Shown here piece by piece: positions 40,771-54,900 of a stretch of DNA of 64,000 bases; the first letter of the stretch is position 1; each line of letters starts with the position of its first letter. Made by a program: the position numbers and the translations under genes. The stretch is from the NCBI GenBank assembly GCA_043228905.1, contig JBHGNT010000087.1:1-64000 (forward strand). The letters are read 5' to 3'. The DNA is from Azolla caroliniana. Its lineage: Eukaryota > Plantae > Polypodiophyta. A model generated the notes under the pieces. It was not told the origin of the DNA, did no database searches, and was given only the letters and a program-made list of their open reading frames with translations.

Positions 40771-43700
40771 TACTCAAGGGCTCCCCTCAACTCACTCCTC
40801 AAATTTGCTAATTTCCTCATGTCTCTCGACCTGAGTTTCAAAATCTTGATTTTTTAATTCCATATCATAGCTAGCATTGTTAGCTTCGATTCGCATGTTT
40901 GAACACAAAAATCCGATATCACACGAGCCAGGTATGAACATTTTCATTTACTCAAGGGCTCCTCTCAACTCACTACTCAAATTTGGTAATTTCGTCATGT
41001 CTCTCGACCTGAGATTCAAAATCTTGATTTTTTAATTCCATAACATAGCTAGCGTTGTTAGCTTCGAATCGCATGTTTGAACGCAAAAATCTGATATCAC
41101 ACGACCCAAGTATGAACATTTTAATTTACCTACTAGCTCTTCTCCACTCACTCCTCAAATTTGGTAATTTCGTCATGTCTCTCGACCTGAGTTTCAAAAT
41201 CTTGATTTTCTAATTCCATATCGTATCTAGCATTGTTAGCTTCGTTTCGCATGTTTGAACACAAAAATCCAATATCACACGAGCTAGGTATGAACATTTT
41301 CATTTACCTACTAGCTCTTCTCAACTCACTCCTCAAATTTGGTAATTTCGTCATGTCTCTCGACCTGAGTTTCAAAATCTTGATTTTTTAATTCCATATC
41401 ATAGCTAGCGTTGTTAGCTTCGAATCGCATGTTTGAACACAAAAATCCGATATCACACGAGCCAGGTATGAACATTTTCATTTACTCAAGGGCTCCTCTC
41501 AACTCACTCCTCAAATTTGCTAATTTCGTCATGTCTCTCGACCTGAGTTTCAAAATCTTGACTTTTTAATTTCATATCATAGCTAGCGATGTTAGCTTCG
41601 TTTCGCATGTTTGAACACAAAAGTCCGATATCACACGAGCCAGGTATGAACATTTTCATTTACCTACTAGCTCTTCTCAACTCACTCCTCAAATTTGCTA
41701 ATTTCGTCATGTCTCTCGACCTGAGTTTCAAAATCTTGATTTTTTAATTCCATATCATAGCTAGCGTTGTTAGCTTCGAATCGCATGTTTGAACACAAAA
41801 ATCCGATATCACACGAGCCAGGTATGAACATTTTCATTTACTCAAGGGCTCCCCTCAACTCACTCCTCAAATTTGGTAATTTCGTCATGTCTCTCGACCT
41901 GAGTTTCAAAATCTTGACTTTTTAATTTCATATCATAGCTAGCGATGTTAGCTTCGTTTCGCATGTTTGAACACAAAAATCCGATATCGCACGAGCCAGG
42001 TATGAACATTTTCATTTACCTACTAGCTCTTCTCAACTCACTCCTCAAATTTGCTAATTTCGTCATGTCTCTCGACCTGAGTTTCAAAATCTTGATTTTT
42101 TAATTCCATATCATAGCTAGCGTTGTTAGCTTCGAATCGCATGTTTGAACACAAAAATCCGATATCACACGAGCCAGGTATGAACATTTTCATTTACTCA
42201 AGGGCTCCCCTCAACTCACTCCTCAAATTTGCTAATTTCCTCATGTCTCTCAACCTGAGTTTCAAAATCTTGATTTTTTAATTCCATATCATAGCTAGCA
42301 TTGTTAGCTTCGATTCGCATGTTTGAACACAAAAATCCAATATCACACGAGCCAGGTATGAACATTTTCATTTACTCAAGGGCTCCTCTCAACTCACTAC
42401 TCAAATTTGGTAATTTCGTCATGTCTCTCGACCTGAGTTTCAAAATCTTGATTTTTTAATTCCATATCGTATCTAGCATTGTTAGCTTCGTTTCGCATGT
42501 TTGAAAACAAAAATCCGATATCACACGAGCTAGGTATGAACATTTTCATTTACCTACTAGCTCTTCTCAACTCACTCCTCAAATTTGGTAATTTCGTCAT
42601 GTCTCTCGACCTGAGTTTCAAAATCTTGATTTTTTAATTCCATATCATAGCTAGCGTTGTTAGCTTCGAATCGCATGTTTGAACACAAAAATCCGATATC
42701 ACACGAGCCAGGTATGACCATTTTCATTTACTCAAGGGCTCCTCTCAACTCACTACTGAAATTTGGTAATTTCGTCATGTCTCTCGACCTGAGTTTCAAA
42801 ATCTTCATCTTTTAATTTCATATCATAGCTAGCGTTGTTAGCTTCGTTTCGCATGTTTGAACACAAAAATCCGATATCACACGAGCTAGGTATGAACATT
42901 TTCATTTACCTGCTAGGTCTTCTCAACTCACTCCTCAAATTTGGTAATTTCGTCATGTCTCTCGACCTGAGTTTCAAAATCTTGATTTTTTAATTCCATA
43001 TCATAGCTAGCGTTGTTAGCTTCGAATCGCATGTTTGAACACAAAAATCCGATATCACACGAGCCAGGTATGAACATTTTCATTTACTCAAGGGCTCCTC
43101 TCAACTCACTCCTCAAATTTGCTAATTTCGTCATGTCTCTCGACCTGAGTTTCAAAATCTTGACTTTTTAATTTCATATCATAGCTAGCGATGTTAGCTT
43201 CGTTTCGCATGTTTGAACACAAAAGTCCGATATCACACGAGCCAGGTATGAACATTTTCATTTACCTACTAGCTCTTCTCAACTCACTCCTCAAATTTGC
43301 TAATTTCGTCATGTCTCTCGACCTGAGTTTCAAAATCTTGATTTTTTAATTCCATATCATAGCTAGCGTTGTTAGCTTCGAATCGCATGTTTGAACACAA
43401 AAATCCGATATCACACGAGCCAGGTATGAACATTTTCATTTACTCAAGGGCTCCCCTCAACTCACTCCTCAAATTTGCTAATTTCCTCATGTCTCTCGAC
43501 CTGAGTTTCAAAATCTTGATTTTTTAATTCTATCTCATAGCTAGCGTTGTTAGCTTCGATTCGCATGTTTGAACACAAAAATCCGATATCACACGAGCCA
43601 CGTATGAACATTTTCATTTACTCAAGGGCTCCTCTCAACTCACTACTCAAATTTGCTAATTTCCTCATGTCTCTCAACCTGAGTTTCAAAATCTTGATTT

Positions 43701-46700
43701 TTTAATTCCATATCATAGCTAGCGTTGTTAGCTTCGAATCGCATGTTTGAACACAAAAATCCGATATCACACGAGCCAGGTATGAACATTTTCATTTACT
43801 CAAGGGCTCCTCTCAACTCACTCCTCAAATTTGCTAATGTCGTCATGTCTCTCGACCTGAGTTTCAAAATCTTGACTTTTTAATTCCATATCATAGCTAG
43901 CGATGTTAGCTTCGTTTCGCATGTTTGAACACAAAAATCCGATATCACACGAGCCAGGTATGAACATTTTCATTTACCTACTAGCTCTTCTCAACTCACT
44001 CCTCAAATTTGCTAATTTCGTCATGTCTCTCGACCTGAGTTTCAAAATCTTGATTTTTTAATTCCATATCATAGCTAGCGTTCTTAGCTTCGAATCGCAT
44101 GTTTGAACACAAAAATCCGATATCACACGAGCCAGGTATGAACATTTTCATTTACTCAAGGGCTCCCCTCAACTCACTCCTCAAATTTGCTAATTTCCTC
44201 ATGTCTCTCAACCTGAGTTTCAAAATCTTGATTTTTTAATTCCATATCATAGCTAGCATTGTTAGCTTCGATTCGCATGTTTGAACACAAAAATCCGATA
44301 TCACACGAGCCAGGTATGAACATTTTCATTTACTCAAGGGCTCCTCTCAACTCACTACTCAAATTTGGTAATTTCGTCATGTCTCTCGACCTGAGATTCA
44401 AAATCTTGATTTTTTAATTCCATAACATAGCTAGCGTTGTTAGCTTCGAATCGCATGTTTGAACGCAAAAATCTGATATCACACGACCCAAGTATGAACA
44501 TTTTAATTTACCTACTAGCTCTTCTCCACTCACTCCTCAAATTTGGTAATTTCGTCATGTCTCTCGACCTGAGTTTCAAAATCTTGATTTTCTAATTCCA
44601 TATCGTATCTAGCATTGTTAGCTTCGTTTCGCATGTTTGAACACAAAAATCCGATATCACACGAGCTAGGTATGAACATTTTCATTTACCTACTAGCTCT
44701 TCTCAACTCACTACTCAAATTTGCTAATTTCGTCATGTCTCTCGACCTGAGTTTCAAAATCTTGATTTTTTAATTCCATATCATAGCTAGCGTTGTTAGC
44801 TTCGAATCGCATGTTTGAACACAGAAATCCGATTTCACACGAGCCAGGTATGAACATTTTCATTTACTCAAGGGCTCCTCTCAACTCACTCCTCAAATTT
44901 GCTAATTTCGTCATGTCTCTCGACCTGAGTTTCAAAATCTTGACTTTTTAATTTCATATCATAGCTAGCGATGTTAGCTTCGTTTCGCATGTTTGAACAC
45001 AAAAATCCGATATCACACGAGCCAGGTATGAACATTTTAATTTACCTACTAGCTCTTCTCAACTCACTCCTCAAATTTGCTAATTTCGTCATGTCTCTCG
45101 ACCTGAGTTTCAAAATCTTGATTTTTTAATTCCATATCATAGCTAGCGTTGTTAGCTTCGAATCGCATGTTTGAACACAAAAATCCGATATCACACGAGC
45201 CAGGTATGACCAAGTATGAACATTTTAATTTACCTACTAGCTCTTCTCAACTCACTCCTCAAATTTGGTAATTTCCTCATGTCTCTCAACCTGAGTTTCA
45301 AAATCTTGATTTTTTAATTCCATATCATAGCTAGCATTGTTAGCTTCGATTCGCATGTTTGAACACAAAAATCCGATATCACACGAGCCAGGTATGAACA
45401 TTTTCATTTACCTACTAGCTCTTCTCAACTCACTCCTCAAATTTGCTAATTTCGTCATGTCTCTCGACCTGAGTTTCAAAATCTTGATTTTTTAATTCCA
45501 TATCATAGCTAGCGTTGTTAGCTTCGAATCGCATGTTTGAACACAGAAATCCGATTTCACACGAGCCAGGTATGAACATTTTCATTTACTCAAGGGCTCC
45601 TCTCAACTCACTCCTCAAATTTGCTAATTTCGTCATGTCTCTCGACCTGAGTTTCAAAATCTTGACTTTTTAATTTCATATCATAGCTAGCGATGTTAGC
45701 TTCGTTTCGCATGTTTGAACACAAAAATCCGATATCACACGAGCCAGGTATGAACATTTTAATTTACCTACTAGCTCTTCTCAACTCACTCCTCAAATTT
45801 GCTAATTTCGTCATGTCTCTCGACCTGAGTTTCAAAATCTTGATTTTTTAATTCCATATCATAGCTAGCGTTGTTAGCTTCGAATCGCATGTTTGAACAC
45901 AAAAATCTGATATCACACGAGCCAGGTAGGAACATTTTCATTTACTCAAGGGCTCCCCTCAACTCACTACTCAAATTTGGTAATTTCGTCATGTCTCTCG
46001 ACCTGAGTTTCAAAATCTTGATCTTTTAATTTCATATCATAGCTAGCGTTGTTAGCTTCGTTTCGCATGTTTGAACACAAAAATCCGATATCACACGAGC
46101 CAGGTATGAACATTTTCATTTACTCAAGGGCTCCTCTCAACGCACTATTCAAATTTGGTAATTTCGTCATGTCTCTCGACCTGAGTTTCAAAATCTTGAT
46201 CTTTTAATTCCATATCATAGCTAGCGTTGTTAGCTTCGAATCGCATGTTTGAACACAAAAATCCGATATCACACGAGCCAGGTATGAACATTTTCATTTA
46301 CTCAAGGGCTCCTCTCAACTCACTACTGAAATTTGGTAATTTCGTCATGTCTCTCGACCTGAGTTTCAAAATCTTCATCTTTTAATTTCATATCATAGCT
46401 AGCGTTGTTAGCTTCGTTTCGCATGTTTGAACACAAAAATCCGATATCACACGAGCTAGGTATGAACATTTTCATTTACCTACTAGGTCTTCTCAACTCA
46501 CTCCTCAAATTTGGTAATTTCGTCATGTCTCTCGACCTTAGTTTCAAAATCTTGATTTTTTAATTCCATATCATAGCTAGCGTTGTTAGCTTCGAATCGC
46601 ATGTTTGAACACAAAAATCCGATATCACACGAGCCAGGTATGAACATTTTCATTTACTCAAGGGCTCCTCTCAACTCACTCCTCAAATTTGCTAATTTCG

Positions 46701-49700
46701 TCATGTCTCTCGACCTGAGTTTCAAAATCTTGACTTTTTAATTTCATATCATAGCTAGCGATGTTAGCTTCGTTTCGCATGTTTGAACACAAAAATCCGA
46801 TATCACACGAGCCAGGTATGAACATTTTGATTTACCTACTAGCTCTTCTCAACTCACTCCTCAAATTTGCTAATTTCGTCATGTCTCTCGACCTGAGTTT
46901 CAAAATCTTGATTTTTTAATTCCATATCATAGCTAGCGTTCTTAGCTTCGAATCGCATGTTTGAACACAAAAATCCGATATCACACGAGCCAGGTATGAA
47001 CATTTTCATTTACTCAAGGGCTCCCCTCAACTCACTCCTCAAATTTGCTAATTTCCTCATGTCTCTCAACCTGAGTTTCAAAATCTTGATTTTTTAATTC
47101 CATATCATAGCTAGCATTGTTAGCTTCGATTCGCATGTTTGAACACAAAAATCCGATATCACACGAGCCAGGTATGAACATTTTCATTTACCTACTAGCT
47201 CTTCTCAACTCACTCCTCAAATTTGCTAATTTCGTCATGTCTCTCGACCTGAGTTTCAAAATCTTGATTTTTTAATTCCATATCATAGCTAGCGTTGTTA
47301 GCTTCGAATCGCATGTTTGAACACAAAAATCCGATATCACACGAGCCAGGTATGAACATTTTCATTTACTCAAGGGCTCCTCTCAACTCACTACTGAAAT
47401 TTGCTAATTTCGTCATGTCTCTCGACCTGAGTTTCAAAATCTTGACTTTTTAATTTCATATCATAGCTAGCGATGTTAGCTTCGTTTCGCATGTTTGAAC
47501 ACAAAAATCCGATATCACACGAGCCAGGTATGAACATTTTGATTTACCTACTAGCGCTTCTCAACTCACTCCTCAAATTTGCTAATTTCGTCATGTCTCT
47601 CGACCTGAGTTTCAAAATCTTGATTTTTTAATTCCATATCATAGCTAGCGTTGTTAGCTTCGAATCGCATGTTTGAACACAAAAATCCGATATCACACGA
47701 GCCAGGTATGAACATTTTCATTTACTCAAGGGCTCCCCTCTACTCACTCCTCAAATTTGCTACTTTCATCATGTCTCTCGACCTGAGTTTCAAAATCTTG
47801 ATTTTTTAATTCCATATCATAGCTAGCGATGTTAGCTTCGTTTCGCATGTTTGAACACAAAAATCCGATATCACACGAGCCAGGTATGAACATTTTAATT
47901 TACCTACTAGCTCTTCTCAACTCACTCCTCAAATTTGCTAATTTCGTCATGTCTCTCGACCTGAGTTTCAAAATCTTGATTTTTTAATTCCATATCATAG
48001 CTAGCGTTCTTAGCTTCGAATCGCATGTTTGAACACAAAAATCTGATATCACACGAGCCAGGTAGGAACATTTTCATTTACTCAAGGGCTCCCCTCAACT
48101 CACTACTCAAATTTGGTAATTTCGTCATGTCTCTCGACCTGAGTTTCAAAATCTTGATCTTTTAATTTCATATCATAGCTAGCGTTGTTAGCTTCGTTTC
48201 GCATGTTTGAACACAAAAATCCGATATCACACGAGCCAGGTATGAACATTTTCATTTACTCAAGGGCTCCTCTCAACTCACTATTCAAATTTGGTAATTT
48301 CGTCATGTCTCTCGACCTGAGTTTCAAAATCTTGATCTTTTAATTCCATATCATAGCTAGCGTTGTTAGCTTCGAATCGCATGTTTGAACACAAAAATCC
48401 GATATCACACGAGCCAGGTATGAACATTTTCATTTACTCAAGGGCTCCTCTCAACTCACTACTGAAATTTGGTAATTTCGTCATGTCTCTCGACCTGAGT
48501 TTCAAAATCTTCATCTTTTAATTTCATATCATAGCTAGCGTTGTTAGCTTCGTTTCGCATGTTTGAACACAAAAATCCGATATCACACGAGCTAGGTATG
48601 AACATTTTAATTTACCTACTAGCTCTTCTCAACTCACTCCTCAAATTTGCTAATTTCGTCATGTCTCTCGACCTGAGTTTCAAAATCTTAATTTTTTAAT
48701 TCTATATCATAGCTAGCGTTGTTAGCTTCGATTCGCATGTTTGAACACAAAAATCCGATATCACACGAGCCAGGTATGAACATTTTAATTTACCTACTAG
48801 CTCTTCTCAACTCACTCCTCAAATTTGCTAATTTCGTCATGTCTCTCGACCTGAGTTTCAAAATCTTGATTTTTTAATTCCATATCATAGCTAGCGTTGT
48901 TAGCTTCGAATCGCATGTTTGAACACAAAAATCTGATATCACACGAGCCAGGTAGGAACATTTTCATTTACTCAAGGGCTCCCCTCAACTCACTACTCAA
49001 ATTTGGTAATTTCGTCATGTCTCTCGACCTGAGTTTCAAAATCTTGATCTTTTAATTTCATATCATAGCTAGCGTTGTTAGCTTCGTTTCGCATGTTTGA
49101 ACACAAAAATCCGATATCACACGAGCCAGGTATGAACATTTTCATTTACTCAAGGGCTCCTCTCAACTCACTATTCAAATTTGGTAATTTCGTCATGTCT
49201 CTCGACCTGAGTTTCAAAATCTTGATCTTTTAATTTCATATCATAGCTAGCGTTGTTAGCTTCGTTTCGCATGTTTGAACACAAAAATCCGATATCACAC
49301 GAGCTAGGTATGAACATTTTAATTTACCTACTAGCTCTTCTCAACTCACTCCTCAAATTTGCTAATTTCGTCATGTCTCTCGACCTGAGTTTCAAAATCT
49401 TGATTTTTTAATTCCATATCATAGCTAGCGTTGTTAGCTTCGAATCGCATGTTTGAACACAAAAATCCGATATCACACGAGCCAGGTATGAACATTTTCA
49501 TTTACTCAAGGGCTCCCCTCAACTCACTCCTCAAATTTGCTAATTTCGTCATGTCTCTCGACCTGAGTTTCAAAATCTTGATTTTTTAATTCCATATCAT
49601 AGCTAGCGTTGTTAGCTTCGATTCGCATGTTTGAACACAAAAATCCGATATCACACGAGCCAGGTATGAACATTTTCATTTACTCAAGGGCTCCCCTCAA

Positions 49701-51959
49701 CTCACTCCTCAAATTTGGTAATTTCGTCATGTCTCTCGACCTGAGTTTCAAAATCTTGATTTTTTAATTCCATATCGTATCTAGCATTGTTAGCTTCGTT
49801 TCGCATGTTTGAAAACAAAAATCCGATATCACACGAGCTAGGTATGAACATTTTCATTTACCTACTAGCTCTTCTCAACTCACTCCTCAAATTTGGTAAT
49901 TTCGTCATGTCTCTCGACCTGAGTTTCAAAATCTTGATTTTTTAATTCCATATCATAGCTAGCGTTGTTAGCTTCGAATCGCATGTTTGAACACAAAAAT
50001 CCGATATCACACGAGCCAGGTATGAACATTTTCATTTACTCAAGGGCTCCTCTCAACTCACTACTGAAATTTGCTAATTTCGTCATGTCTCTCGACCTGA
50101 GTTTCAAAATCTTCATCTTTTAATTTCATATCATAGCTAGCGTTGTTAGCTTCGTTTCGCATGTTTGAACACAAAAATCCGATATCACACGAGCTAGGTA
50201 TGAACATTTTCATTTACCTACTAGGTCTTCTCAACTCACTCCTCAAATTTGGTAATTTCGTCATGTCTCTCGACCTGAGTTTCAAAATCTTGATTTTTTA
50301 ATTCCATATCATAGCTAGCGTTGTTAGCTTCGAATCGCATGTTTGAACACAGAAATCCGATTTCACACGAGCCAGGTATGAACATTTTCATTTACTCAAG
50401 GGCTCCTCTCAACTCACTCCTCAAATTTGCTAATTTCGTCATGTCTCTCGACCTGAGTTTCAAAATCTTGACTTTTTAATTTCATATCATAGCTAGCGAT
50501 GTTAGCTTCGTTTCGCATGTTTGAACACAAAAATCCGATATCACACGAGCCAGGTATGAACATTTTAATTTACCTACTAGCTCTTCTCAACTCACTCCTC
50601 CAATTTGCTAATTTCGTCATGTCTCTCGACCTGAGTTTCAAAATCTTGATTTTTTAATTCCATATCATAGCTAGCGTTGTTAGCTTCGAATCGCATGTTT
50701 GAACACAAAAATCCGATATCACACGAGCCAGGTATGAACATTTTCATTTACTCAAGGGCTCCCCTCAACTCACTCCTCAAATTTGCTAATTTCGTCATGT
50801 CTCTCGACCTGAGTTTCAAAATCTTGACTTTTTAATTTCATATCATAGCTAGCGATGTTAGCTTCGTTTCGCATGTTTGAACACAAAAATCCGATATCAC
50901 ACGAGCCAGGTATGAACATTTTCATTTACCTACTAGCTCTTCTCAACTCACTCCTCAAATTTGCTAATTTCGTCATGTCTCTCGACCTGAGTTTCAAAAT
51001 CTTGATTTTTTAATTCCATATCATAGCTAGCGTTGTTAGCTTCGAATCGCATGTTTGAACACAAAAATCCGATATCACACGAGCCAGGTATGAACATTTT
51101 CATTTACTCAAGGGCTCCTCTCAACTCACTACTGAAATTTGCTAATTTCGTCATGTCTCTCGACCTGAGTTCAAAATCTTGACTTTTAAATTTCATATCA
51201 TAGCTAGCGATGTTAGCTTCGTTTCCAATGTTTGAACACAAAAATCCGATATCACACGAGCCAGGTATGAACATTTTAATTTACCTACTAGCTCTTCTCA
51301 ACTCACTCCTCAAATTTGCTAATTTCGTCATGTCTCTCGACCTGAGTTTCAAAATCTTAATTTTTTAATTCTATATCATAGCTAGCGTTGTTAGCTTCGA
51401 TTCGCATGTTTGAACACAAAAATCCGATATCACACGAGCCAGGTATGAACATTTTAATTTACCTACTAGCTCTTCTCAACTCACTCCTCAAATTTGCTAA
51501 TTTCGTCATGTCTCTCGACCTGAGTTTCAAAATCTTGATTTTTTAATTCCATATCATAGCTAGCGTTGTTAGCTTCGAATCGCATGTTTGAACACAAAAA
51601 TCTGATATCACACGAGCCAGGTAGGAACATTTTCATTTACTCAAGGGCTCCCCTCAACTCACTACTCAAATTTGGTAATTTCGTCATGTCTCTCGACCTG
51701 AGTTTCAAAATCTTGATTTTTTAATTCCATATCATAGCTAGCGTTGTTAGCTTCGTTTCGCATGTTTGAACACAAAAATCCGATATCACACGAGCCAGGT
51801 ATGAACATTTTCATTTACTCAAGGGCTCCTCTCAACTCACTATTCAAATTTGGTAATTTCGTCATGTCTCTCGACCTGAGTTTCAAAATCTTGATCTTTT
51901 AATTTCTTATCATAGCTAGCGTTGTTAGCTTCGTTTCGCATGTTTGAACACAAAAATCC

Positions 51960-54900
51960 GATATCACACGAGCCAGGTATGAACATTTTAATTTACCTAC
52001 TAGCTCTTCTCAACTCACTCCTCAAATTTGCTAATTTCGTCATGTCTCTCGACCTGAGTTTCAAAATCTTGATTTTTTAATTCCATATCATAGCTAGCGT
52101 TGTTAGCTTCGAATCGCATGTTTGAACACAAAAATCCGATATCACACGAGCCAGGTATGAACATTTTCATTTACTCAAGGGCTCCTCTCAACTCACTACT
52201 GAAATTTGGTAATTTCGTCATGTCTCTCGACCTGAGTTTCAAAATCTTCATCTTTTAATTTCATATCATAGCTAGCGTTGTTAGCTTCGTTTCGCATGTT
52301 TGAACACAAAAATCCGATATCACACGAGCTAGGTATGAACATTTTCATTTACCTACTAGGTCTTCTCAACTCACTCCTCAAATTTGGTAATTTCGTCATG
52401 TCTCTCGACCTGAGTTTCAAAATCTTGATTTTTTAATTCCATATCATAGCTAGCGTTGTTAGCTTCGAATCGCATGTTTGAACACAAAAATCCGATATCA
52501 CACGAGCCAGGTATGAACATTTTCATTTACTCAAGGGCTCCCCTCAACTCACTACTCAAATTTGGTAATTTCGTCATGTCTCTCGACCTGAGTTTCAAAA
52601 TCTTGATTTTTTAATTCCATATCATAGCTAGCGTTGTTAGCTTCGTTTCGCATGTTTGAACACAAAAATCCGATATCACACGAGCCAGGTATGAACATTT
52701 TCATTTACTCAAGGGCTCCTCTCAACTCACTATTCAAATTTGGTAATTTCGTCATGTCTCTCGACCTGAGTTTCAAAATCTTGATCTTTTAATTTCTTAT
52801 CATAGCTAGCGTTGTTAGCTTCGTTTCGCATGTTTGAACACAAAAATCCGATATCACACGAGCCAGGTATGAACATTTTAATTTACCTACTAGCTCTTCT
52901 CAACTCACTCCTCAAATTTGCTAATTTCGTCATGTCTCTCGACCTGAGTTTCAAAATCTTGATTTTTTAATTCCATATCATAGCTAGCGTTGTTAGCTTC
53001 GAATCGCATGTTTGAACACAAAAATCCGATATCACACGAGCCAGGTATGAACATTTTCATTTACTCAAGGGCTCCCCTCAACTCACTCCTCAAATTTGCT
53101 AATTTCATCATGTCTCTCGACCTGAGTTTCAAAATCTTGATTTTTTAATTCCATATCATAGCTAGCGTTGTTAGCTTCGAATCGCATGTTTGAACACAAA
53201 AATCCGATATCACACGAGCCAGGTATGAACATTTTTATTTACTCAAGGGCTCCTCTCAACTCACTACTCAAATTTGGTAATTTCGTCATGTCTCTCGACC
53301 TGAGATTCAAAATCTTGATTTTTTAATTCCATAACATAGCTAGCGTTGTTAGCTTCGAATCGCATGTTTGAACGCAAAAATCCGATATCACACGAGCCAG
53401 GTATGAACATTTTCATTTACTCAAGGGCTCCCCTCAACTCACTCCTCAAATTTGGTAATTTCGTCATGTCTCTCGACCTGAGTTTCAAAATCTAGATTTT
53501 TTAATTCCATATCGTATCTAGCATTGTTAGCTTCGTTTCGCATGTTTGAAAACAAAAATCCGATATCACACGAGCTAGGTATGAACATTTTCATTTACCT
53601 ACTAGCTCTTCTCAACTCACTCCTCAAATTTGGTAATTTCGTCATGTCTCTCGACCTGAGTTTCAAAATCTTGATTTTTTAATTCCATATCATAGCTAGC
53701 GTTGTTAGCTTCGAATCGCATGTTTGAACACAAAAATCCGATATCACACGAGCCAGGTATGAACATTTTCATTTACTCAAGGGCTCCTCTCAACTCACTA
53801 CTGAAATTTGGTAATTTCGTCTTGTCTCTCGACCTGAGTTTCAAAATCTTCATCTTTTAATTTCATATCATAGCTAGCGTTGTTAGCTTCGTTTCGCATG
53901 TTTGAACACAAAAATCCGATATCACACGAGCTAGGTATGAACATTTTCATTTACCTACTAGGTCTTCTCAACTCACTCCTCAAATTTGGTAATTTCGTCA
54001 TGTCTCTCGACCTGAGTTTCAAAATCTTGATTTTTTAATTCCATATCATAGCTAGCGTTGTTAGCTTCGAATCGCATGTTTGAACACAAAAATCCGATAT
54101 CACACGAGCCAGGTATGAACATTTTCATTTACTCAAGGGCTCCTCTCAACTCACTCCTCAAATTTGCTAATTTCGTCATGTCTCTCGACCTGAGTTTCAA
54201 AATCTTGACTTTTTAATTTCATATCATAGCTAGCGATGTTAGCTTCGTTTCGCATGTTTGAACACAAAAATCCGATATCACACGAGCCAGGTATGAACAT
54301 TTTAATTTACCTACTAGCTCTTCTCAACTCACTCCTCAAATTTGCTAATTTCGTCATGTCTCTCGACCTGAGTTTCAAAATCTTGATTTTTTAATTCCAT
54401 ATCATAGCTAGCGTTGTTAGCTTCGAATCGCATGTTTGAACACAAAAATCCGATATCACACGAGCCAGGTATGAACATTTTCATTTACTCAAGGGCTCCT
54501 CTCAACTCACTACTGAAATTTGGTAATTTCGTCATGTCTCTCGACCTGAGTTTCAAAATCTTCATCTTTTAATTTCATATCATAGCTAGCGTTGTTAGCT
54601 TCGTTTCGCATGTTTGAACACAAAAATCCGATATCACACGAGCTAGGTATGAACATTTTCATTTACCTACTAGGTCTTCTCAACTCACTCCTCAAATTTG
54701 GTAATTTCGTCATGTCTCTCGACCTGAGTTTCAAAATCTTGATTTTCTAATTCCATATCATAGCTAGCGTTGTTAGCTTCGAATCGCATGTTTGAACACA
54801 AAAATCCGATATCACACGAGCCAGGTATGAACATTTTCATTTACTCAAGGGCTCCCCTCAACTCACTACTCAAATTTGGTAATTTCGTCATGTCTCTCGA

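Noticed and set aside
51152-51328. 177-bp monomer with clustered private changes (GAGTTC, TTTTAAA, GTTTCCAATG); also a 1-bp T insertion near 60930
   Set aside because: These are single occurrences, partly in homopolymers, and cannot be distinguished from sequencing or consensus errors without raw reads.
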